A stretch of 64,000 nucleotides of DNA, from contig CAAGNN010000031.1 in assembly GCA_900771325.1 (NCBI GenBank), positions 4,326 to 68,325 on the forward strand, written 5' to 3'. This DNA comes from Kiritimatiellia bacterium. GTDB taxonomy: Bacteria > Verrucomicrobiota > Kiritimatiellia > RFP12 > DVOR01. The position numbers and the translations under genes are program-made. Below the pieces are notes generated by a model that saw only the letters and a program-made list of their open reading frames with translations, ran no database searches and was not told where the DNA came from. Positions 21,901 to 26,886 of the stretch are shown here, one piece after another (the first letter of the stretch is position 1; each line of letters begins with the position of its first letter).

Positions 21901-23280
21901 CGCCGTGGTGGCCTGCAGATTGCGCGCCTTCCAGCCAAAGCCGAGCATCACTGGGCCAAAGCCATTCATCTCCAGGCGACCGCGCCCGGCCTCACCCCAG
22001 AAACTCGCCGGGCTCTGGCGGACCGCTTCGCGCGCGTAGATATGGGCCGCATCAAGGTAGGTCTGCTTCATCGAAGCCCCCGCCGAGTTGCTCGTGGCCT
22101 TGTAGAGGTTGTAGCCCAGCAGCAGGGCCTGCTGATACTGGTTGTCCGACCACTTGATCAGGCGCGAGTTATCGATGTAGTTCGCCAGACTGCTGCGCAG
22201 CGCACTGGTCACCGACGCGCGGAAGGTGCCGGAGATGTCGTAGAACTCCAGGAGCGTGACGCGGCGATAAGCGCCGGAGATGTCATCGGGGTCCCACGCG
22301 GCAATCTGGTTGAAGTCATCCTTGCGGTTGCAGGCCGGCACGGAGTTGTTGTTCGTCACCGTGCGCAGGTAGGAGACCATATAGATCTGCTTCTCGAGCT
22401 TGAGCATCGCCTGGGCCAAGAGGGCGGCCTTGTAGACGTTGAGCGTAATCTCCCGACCGGCGGCATCGGTAAAGTGGTTGGTGGTCACCGTCGTCGACGT
22501 GCCGTCCTCGTTGGTCACCGTCTCGGTGGTCGTCGTGTACTTGAGCCCCATCGTGCTCGTAGCATTCCCCGCCTCGGCAATCATATCCGTCTCGGTAGCG
22601 GCGAAGGCCTTGGCACGTAGCGCGGCATATTCATCGGCTGCAGCGGCCCAAGTGGCGAGCTTTGCCTTGATCTCATCCTGCGTCAAGGCCTCCAAGCCGG
22701 CTTCCAGGGCGCAAATCTTCCCTTCGGCATCATAGAGCGCCATCGCCGGCCACACCTGCACGCGGCTACCCAAAGGCGCCCCCAGCGGGAAGATACTCGC
22801 AAGCCCATTGCGCGAGAGCGCCGAGAGATTCGTCGATACCGTCGTCTCGGTGCCGTCCTCGTTCGTCACCTTCTCGTTGACCACGTAATCGCGCTCCGGC
22901 CAATCATAAACCGCCGTGACGAACTGGGCTCCTACCCCCTTGCGCCACGCCTGCAACATCAAGCTCCCCGCTTCGCTCCAATCCCAACCCGTAAAGAGCA
23001 CCGCCATATATCTCCGCTTGGAGGCATTCTCCCCCAAGTTAGCATCTTCGGCAATAGCGGCCTTCATCTCATCGACCGTCTTAATGTCCGCGCGCGTAAT
23101 CGGCGTGGTGGTGTAGCGCGCATCGCCCGCGCCCCCCTCCTCCTTCGACGCATTCGCCGGCCACGGCCCGCGCGTAATCGCATAGCTATAGCGCGAACTC
23201 GTCACCTCGGCGCGCGAGGTCAGCGCCAAGAGCAATGCACTCAAACCCAGTGCCAAACGGCTACTCTGCTTCATACTCAT
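18976..23280 (-). CDS. Large secreted protein (1,434 aa) with putative transglutaminase-like Cys-His-Asp core and C-terminal F5/8 type C (discoidin)-like domain
   Basis: Track ORF is 18976..23457. I prefer ATG 23280 because MSMKQSSRLALGLSALLLALTSRAEV is signal-peptide-like. GAVCGGISKYGAMAANSSGRRSITAGQPGHCAGTHRTFDGSFWEID has C..H..D spacing like transglutaminase-like cores. The last ~130 aa (WVMVQLPGDAEIFGVVVQNG..YVRIRR..LYKVQVF) resemble a discoidin jelly-roll. Its stop is 22 nt from the giant gene start on the same strand. Confidence 0.8.
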   Translation of the reverse strand: MSMKQSSRLALGLSALLLALTSRAEVTSSRYSYAITRGPWPANASKEEGGAGDARYTTTPITRADIKTVDEMKAAIAEDANLGENASKRRYMAVLFTGWDWSEAGSLMLQAWRKGVGAQFVTAVYDWPERDYVVNEKVTNEDGTETTVSTNLSALSRNGLASIFPLGAPLGSRVQVWPAMALYDAEGKICALEAGLEALTQDEIKAKLATWAAAADEYAALRAKAFAATETDMIAEAGNATSTMGLKYTTTTETVTNEDGTSTTVTTNHFTDAAGREITLNVYKAALLAQAMLKLEKQIYMVSYLRTVTNNNSVPACNRKDDFNQIAAWDPDDISGAYRRVTLLEFYDISGTFRASVTSALRSSLANYIDNSRLIKWSDNQYQQALLLGYNLYKATSNSAGASMKQTYLDAAHIYAREAVRQSPASFWGEAGRGRLEMNGFGPVMLGFGWKARNLQATTAVTTTIEDMPIPATMEAGKFEISAEEVARQDGMTIETADGTTTFKWVLRYGNDFKFPKQGWYTVKMAMNNGGTAMTVTGFKIYRGTGRLDDYTQGTLLFDGTSTTAAKFAPTNGDTMGSFQGQDFASGVSLTPGGSFSFTFYMPQDPDRLFPRWERDWGDEPKYNDMAIEITGTTTGTSAGSFAVTPLCTAAAATAPNATQVTVDGDTLEIGSAFGTLDGKVADIENLPKGTVADCVGDRVMELLGLKADSEGTVTTNETYLAALTYADFFYEHQSARGFEGKVAEALQKDLNGQEAINALLADKTWLTDLLTSGPSSVEALIYNGSADFSNNKAKMRADLIDRFVSVWNFDKIYVNTQTKEGTFSDRRGKLAAAPGTTDYDAFLRRMAVAAALNNTPKGNGLFFHTWLCYRDFADRALLHGDFYCQTPFQMRMSYNSLSYSTLDLMHSVKTAPTRIDYINGTAWQTNYRTWNFFGDSIFGADYYVPWSNSILTGLALGREIGAVCGGISKYGAMAANSSGRRSITAGQPGHCAGTHRTFDGSFWEIDSNVNKYTGNHYQLYGISAYPSIECFDDVFDDPRTREGYYILWAARLRALRYGDDDPGALELYFRAIEHAPLCYQAITETRDFLTANYPLRGDLWLRWAEDVTYGFWRYPMVGWMLLAKPLATPLRATYGQEGFLATFKQLQVRMHDTDRKTRESYDYLSYMLNNALLANFADKELLSLLGTTLDARYGTQRFTELVNWGNSYYGSDIAYQTMLDAVYKANGNKLGLSRTCMETLLAASQNSAVATFREMNDLYRALFHKDDENYPIVSEDEPLYSQEMLSANGCITLSSYPTLNVSGTVEDLHQSALAFCDGQRVIDDSAFATYAVWTQEQYDEPWVMVQLPGDAEIFGVVVQNGDAPVTIYVEHSADGNSWSTLLANRSLAAKEILQVPYDGSTVSRYVRIRRPNPNGDGMRLHLYKVQVFAKRRY

Positions 23281-23348
23281 CCTTTTCTCATCTGGCCTAT
23301 TGGCCGCAACTATCAAAAGTCTTCTATGGCGAAAAATGCCATAATAGT

Positions 23349-23378
23349 ATTCTAGACCTTCACGCACACAAAAGTCAA
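23349..23378 (-). promoter_or_regulatory. Sigma70-type promoter for the 18976-23280 / giant gene operon
   Basis: On the minus strand: TTGACT (23378-23373), 18-nt spacer, TAGAAT (23354-23349). It lies ~70 nt upstream of ATG 23280. Confidence 0.55.
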
Positions 23379-23554
23379 ACACTTTCGCACGCAACTCGCC
23401 AAAAAGCCCACACACGCCACATAGCGCCAGAGGAGATGCCCTCTTCGGCTCCACCACAGCAGAGACTCCGCCCTTGCCTCATTATGAATATAGGTACGCG
23501 CGCACGCGCGCGAGAGGCTCCTGCTCCACCTCCCAGCCCCAGCCCCCAAACCCA

Positions 23555-23750
23555 CCCGCCCCGGGTCCGAGGGCAACCCGGGCCTACCTCGAAACGAACC
23601 CGGGGCGGATGTGAAGCGAACCCGGGGCGGATGTGAAGCGAACCCGGGGCGGATGTGAAGCGAACCCGGGGCGGATGCGAAGCGAACCCGGGGTGGATGT
23701 GAAGCGAACCCGGGGTGAGTGGCCTGACAGAGCCGGCCACTGCAAAACCC
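23555..23750. repeat. Tandem array of a 22-bp unit GAACCCGGGGCGGATGTGAAGC (about 6 units) with degenerate flanking units and a conserved 3' end module
   Basis: Direct reading of 23596-23716 shows gaacccggggcggatgtgaagc repeated head-to-tail with single substitutions. The array ends in cccggggtgagtggcctgacagagccggccactgcaaaaccc, and a near copy of that end module occurs at 35655-35694. Confidence 0.9.
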
Positions 23751-23823
23751 TTAAGAAACCCTTCGGCGCACCTTCCTGCGCAGCACTGTGTGCTTTTTGG
23801 CATGCCGAGAGCCAAAAAAGTGC

Positions 23824-23852
23824 TTGCATTTCGAAATGCGGTGTGCTATCTT
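23824..23852 (+). promoter_or_regulatory. Orphan promoter (TTGCAT, 17 nt, TGc-TATCTT)
   Basis: TTGCAT at 23824-23829, a 17-nt spacer ending in TGc, and TATCTT at 23847-23852. No credible ORF follows. Confidence 0.45.
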
Positions 23853-23858
23853 ACTCGC

Positions 23859-23944
23859 GTTTCAGACATCTCCTACACACAGACACAACCCCACCCAAGA
23901 AGATATAAAAATGCTGGCCAGGTATTCTGGCCAGTTCTTTTTTT
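23859..23944 (+). ncRNA. Candidate small RNA (~85 nt) bounded by a promoter and an intrinsic terminator
   Basis: The predicted TSS (~23859) is followed by a C/A-rich single-stranded stretch (ctcctacacacagacacaaccccacccaagaag). Then comes a CTGGCCAG/CTGGCCAG 8-bp hairpin (23914-23934) and a T-run (23935-23944). Confidence 0.4.
23914..23944 (+). terminator. Rho-independent terminator
   Basis: ctggccag-gtatt-ctggccag followed by ttcttttttt. Confidence 0.6.
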
Positions 23945-23990
23945 GTTGTGGCTGGGTGTTGCCCAAAACTGAAGCGGTTGCATTTTTCTC

Positions 23991-24021
23991 TCGACAGAGA
24001 TGGTGGGGATTGTGCTATACT
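23991..24021 (+). promoter_or_regulatory. Promoter of the rubrerythrin-Fur/PerR operon (extended -10)
   Basis: TGc-TATACT at 24013-24021 with a weak -35-like TCGACA at 23991-23996. RBS aaggagag precedes ATG 24074. Confidence 0.5.
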
Positions 24022-24031
24022 AACGGCGTTC

Positions 24032-24048
24032 TGCTCGAATGTCGAGCA
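24032..24048. promoter_or_regulatory. Perfect 7-3-7 palindrome TGCTCGA-ATG-TCGAGCA, candidate operator
   Basis: It lies between the -10 box and the RBS of the rubrerythrin gene, and a Fur/PerR-family regulator is the next gene. Confidence 0.45.
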
Positions 24049-24073
24049 ATAGTCCTAACAAGGAGAGAGAGAA

Positions 24074-24625
24074 ATGAAGAAGTTTGTTTGCCCGATCTGC
24101 GGCTATGTCCACGTTGGCGACACCGCGCCGGAGAAGTGCCCGCAGTGCGGCTGTGTGGGCTCCAAGTTCATCGAGAAGGCCGAGACCGGCAAGATGGAGT
24201 GGGCCGACGAGCACCGCGTGGGCGTGGCCAAGGGCGTTGACCCCGAGATCATCGAGGGGCTGCGGATGAACTTCACCGGCGAGTGCACCGAAGTGGGCAT
24301 GTACCTGGCGATGGCCCGCGTGGCGATCCGCGAGGGTTATCCCGAGATCGGCGCCTTCTATCAGCAGGCCGCCTGGGAAGAGGCCGAGCACGCCTGCAAG
24401 TTCGCTGAACTGCTGGGCGAAGTGATCACCGATTCCACCCAGAAGAACCTCGAACTGCGCGCCGCCGCCGAGCAGGGCGCCTGCCAGGGCAAGCTCGACC
24501 TCGCCAAGAAGGCCAAGCAGCTCGGGCTCGATGCCATCCACGACACCGTCCACGAAATGTGCAAGGACGAGGCGCGCCACGGGGCCGGCTTCGAGGGCCT
24601 CCTGAAGCGCTACTTCGCGAAGTAA
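24074..24625 (+). CDS. rbr: Reverse rubrerythrin (N-terminal rubredoxin-like CxxC..CxxC plus diiron ferritin-like domain)
   Basis: [18 protein letters not shown] supplies the N-terminal Cys pairs. ExxH motifs are present ([18 protein letters not shown]). Confidence 0.9.
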   Translation: MKKFVCPICGYVHVGDTAPEKCPQCGCVGSKFIEKAETGKMEWADEHRVGVAKGVDPEIIEGLRMNFTGECTEVGMYLAMARVAIREGYPEIGAFYQQAAWEEAEHACKFAELLGEVITDSTQKNLELRAAAEQGACQGKLDLAKKAKQLGLDAIHDTVHEMCKDEARHGAGFEGLLKRYFAK

Positions 24626-24628
24626 GCA

Positions 24629-25105
24629 ATGGCCGGGCTTGACCCCGCCACCATCAAAGCCACGCTCCGGGCGCACGGGCTCTCGCCCTCCGCCCCGCGT
24701 GTGGCTATTTATGCTTGGCTGCAGACCCACCACGTCCACCCCACGGTGGATGTCATCTACCGGGCTCTGCGGCCACAGCTCAAATCCCTCTCGCGAACCA
24801 CGGTCTACAACGTCCTGCACGCCTTTGTGGAGAAGGGCCTGGCCAATGTAATCCGCAGCGAGGATCTGGAACTGCGCTACGACGGGCTCCTCTCGCCGCA
24901 CGCGCACTTCAAATGCACACAGTGTGGCGCGGTGATCGACCTGGGGGCCATTCCCGCCACCTTGGGCGAGACGGTGGGTCTGCCCAAAGGCACCCAGCCC
25001 ACCGAGCTGGCCGTCCTCTTCCGGGGCCTCTGCGCCGCTTGCGCAATTAAGCGGACAGCCAACAGCGGACAGCGGACAGCCGCTGACGCGACGGATAAGC
25101 CGTAG
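24629..25105 (+). CDS. Fur-family transcriptional regulator (PerR-like by context)
   Basis: Winged-helix N-terminus (RVAIYAWLQTHHVHPTVDVIYRAL..TVYNVL), and CxxC pairs (KCTQCG, LCAACA). It starts 3 nt after rbr. The last ~18 codons lie inside repeat 25051-25190. Confidence 0.8.
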   Translation: MAGLDPATIKATLRAHGLSPSAPRVAIYAWLQTHHVHPTVDVIYRALRPQLKSLSRTTVYNVLHAFVEKGLANVIRSEDLELRYDGLLSPHAHFKCTQCGAVIDLGAIPATLGETVGLPKGTQPTELAVLFRGLCAACAIKRTANSGQRTAADATDKP

Positions 25106-25190
25106 CTCTAACGTATTATTCCCCACGGCTCAGACGGGCCTCACATATCAAGCGCCAGCGCTGTCGGCTGTCAGCTGTCGGCTGTCCGCT
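25051..25190. repeat. ~140-bp MITE-like element with heptamer-array inverted termini (copy A)
   Basis: gcggacagccaacagcggacagcggacagccgct....acggctcagacggg....agcgccagcgctgtcggctgtcagctgtcggctgtccgc. The termini are mutually reverse-complementary arrays of a 7-nt unit (CGGACAG / CTGTCNG). A second copy lies at 28819-28959. Confidence 0.75.
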
Positions 25191-25218
25191 TGTACTGCTC
25201 GCGCCGCGAGCGGAGATT

Positions 25219-25227
25219 TGCTATACT
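25219..25227 (+). promoter_or_regulatory. Extended -10 (TGc-TATACT) placed 7 nt before ATG 25235, suggesting a leaderless mRNA
   Basis: tttgcTATACTacgccctATG. Confidence 0.4.
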
Positions 25228-25234
25228 ACGCCCT

Positions 25235-25927
25235 ATGAGACGAAAGCCTACCGAGTTTGATTTTGTTTATGCCGTGCGGCACACGCAGATTCTCTGCGCA
25301 CCCGAGCGGCTCTTGGACCCCTTTGATCAGACGACGATAGACTACACGCTCCTGGCCCAGCCGATGGACGACCCGGGCAAGACGCGCGTGCGCGAGGGGA
25401 AGTTGCAGACCTTCCCGCCCCGCCTCATCCTGCCCGGAGAACTCTCGAATCAGGAACTGGAGGGCTTTGGCCCCCAGGCGCAGAACTACCTCGACTTCCT
25501 CAAGTCGCACGCTTCGCGCATCCGCATCTTGCGCTACTCCTACCGTCTCCGCCGCGAGGCCTACACCGAAACGCTCATCAGCGAGCCCCTGGAGGTGGTG
25601 CGCGACCGCGCCAAACGCGCCTTCGCCCAGCGCGCCAGCCAGTCGGCTGCCCTCGTTGAAGGGGTCGATGAGCCCTGGGATGTCTGCCTGCTGCACCTCT
25701 TTATGCGCCTGGTGCAAGCCTCGGCTCCGCGCGCCATTCAAGCCTTTGAACGGCAGGCCAAGCGGGACTTCCGCGACCATCTACCAGCGGATGACCGCGC
25801 CGAAATCGAGCAGGCCTTCGCGGCCGCCGCCAAGGATGCCTCGCTCGTCAAGCCCCTGGGGCGGCTCCTCAAGGCCAAGGGGCTCTTCGACGTCTACCAA
25901 GACCGCTTCTTCGCCCTGCTGCCGTGA
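25235..25927 (+). CDS. Hypothetical protein (230 aa)
   Basis: Long ORF with normal composition. ATG 25235 was chosen over TTG 25190 because the promoter lies within the extension. No family recognised. Confidence 0.6.
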   Translation: MRRKPTEFDFVYAVRHTQILCAPERLLDPFDQTTIDYTLLAQPMDDPGKTRVREGKLQTFPPRLILPGELSNQELEGFGPQAQNYLDFLKSHASRIRILRYSYRLRREAYTETLISEPLEVVRDRAKRAFAQRASQSAALVEGVDEPWDVCLLHLFMRLVQASAPRAIQAFERQAKRDFRDHLPADDRAEIEQAFAAAAKDASLVKPLGRLLKAKGLFDVYQDRFFALLP

Positions 25928-26886
25928 CCGCCCTTCGCACGCTCATTACTGGTGGCGCCGGCTTCATCGGCGCAAACCTCACACGCTTTCTCCTGGCGCG
26001 CGGCCATCGCGTGACGGTGCTCGATAACTTCCGAACCGGGCGGCGGGGGAACCTAGAGGGCCTGGCGGTCGAGCTATTGGAGCGCGATGTGCGCGAGCCG
26101 ATTCCGGGCGACTACGATTGGATCTTCCACCTCGCCTGCCCCGCCTCGCCCCCGCACTACCAGGCCGACGGCCTCTACACCCTCACTACGGCCTTCGACG
26201 GCACGCGCCAAGCGCTCGAGGTGGCCCGGCGGTGCGGTGCGCGGCTCCTCATCGCCTCGACCAGCGAAGTCTATGGCGACCCGCAGGTCCACCCGCAGCC
26301 GGAGGGCTACTGGGGCCACGTCAACCCGCTGGGCGTGCGCAGTTGCTACGATGAAGGCAAGCGCGCGGCCGAGACCTTGGCCCTGGAATACCGCCGCAAG
26401 TTCGGCGTGGACGTGCGGTTGGTGCGCATCTTCAACACCTATGGGCCGTGGATGGACCCGCAGGATGGGCGCGTTATCTCCAACTTCATCCTGCAAGCCC
26501 TGCGCAACGAGCCGCTGACGCTCTACGGGCAGGGCGAACAGACCCGCTCGTGCCAATTCGTCGAGGACCTCCTGCGGGCCTTCGAGCGTTATCTGCTGGC
26601 CGACCGCGCGCAACTCGAGACCTTCTTCGCGCCTCGGGGCCTTCTTGTGCCGGTGCTCAACCTGGGCAATCCCGAGGAGCACACCATCGCCGACATCGCC
26701 CGGGCCGTCCTGGCGCAGTTGCCCGAGAGCCGCTCGACCTGCGTCTACCGTCCGCTGCCCGCCGATGACCCCAAGCGCCGCAAGCCCGACATCGCCTGGG
26801 CCACCGAGCTCCTGGGCTGGCAGCCGCGCGTCCCCCTGGCCGAGGGGCTCGCCAAGACCATCGCCTACTTCCGGGAGGGCTTATGA
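25924..26886 (+). CDS. uxs: UDP-glucuronate decarboxylase (UDP-xylose synthase), SDR family
   Basis: TGGAGFIG Rossmann motif, YDEGKRAAE (YxxxK), and SEVYGDPQVHPQPEGYWGHVNPLGVRSCYDEGKR, which is typical of UXS. Confidence 0.85.
   Translation: MTALRTLITGGAGFIGANLTRFLLARGHRVTVLDNFRTGRRGNLEGLAVELLERDVREPIPGDYDWIFHLACPASPPHYQADGLYTLTTAFDGTRQALEVARRCGARLLIASTSEVYGDPQVHPQPEGYWGHVNPLGVRSCYDEGKRAAETLALEYRRKFGVDVRLVRIFNTYGPWMDPQDGRVISNFILQALRNEPLTLYGQGEQTRSCQFVEDLLRAFERYLLADRAQLETFFAPRGLLVPVLNLGNPEEHTIADIARAVLAQLPESRSTCVYRPLPADDPKRRKPDIAWATELLGWQPRVPLAEGLAKTIAYFREGL

Noticed and set aside
18736-22620. 1,294-aa + strand ORF
   Set aside because: It is antisense to the 18976..23280 gene, whose translation has a signal peptide and normal composition. 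The + strand product is a Gly/Arg/Val/Glu-rich shadow without an RBS.
23281-23457. Track N-terminal extensions: 23457 for the secreted protein, 31041 lolD, 35814 nagA, 37275 P-loop, 50189 ade, 51913 aminotransferase, 57798 and 59126 rSAM, 60322 amidohydrolase, 61052 ABC
   Set aside because: In each case an internal ATG is preceded by a GGAG-type RBS or overlaps the upstream stop (ATGA/TGATG coupling). The extension runs through an upstream gene, promoter or repeat with shadow-like composition.
23596-23716. Possibility that the 22-bp arrays are CRISPR arrays
   Set aside because: The period is only 22 nt, with a 12-nt conserved core and a 10-nt semi-conserved part that itself repeats. There are no unique 30-40 nt spacers, no leader-like asymmetry and no cas genes in the window.
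23375-23829. ORFs translating the 22-bp arrays into repetitive peptides (23375..23815(-), 23584..23829(-), 23633..23908(+), 56515..56955(+), 56602..56856(-), 63079..63327(+))
   Set aside because: The peptide repeats (PGFASHPPRVRFTSAPGSLHI and NPGRVGGQPGAD) are a by-product of a 22-nt DNA period, which is not a multiple of 3, so the frame rotates. The arrays occur in both orientations in intergenic positions and lack RBSs.
24020-25126. 368-aa minus ORF over the rbr/Fur-family region, and 25226..25780(-)
   Set aside because: It is antisense to genes with unmistakable rubrerythrin and Fur-family motifs and has shadow-type composition.
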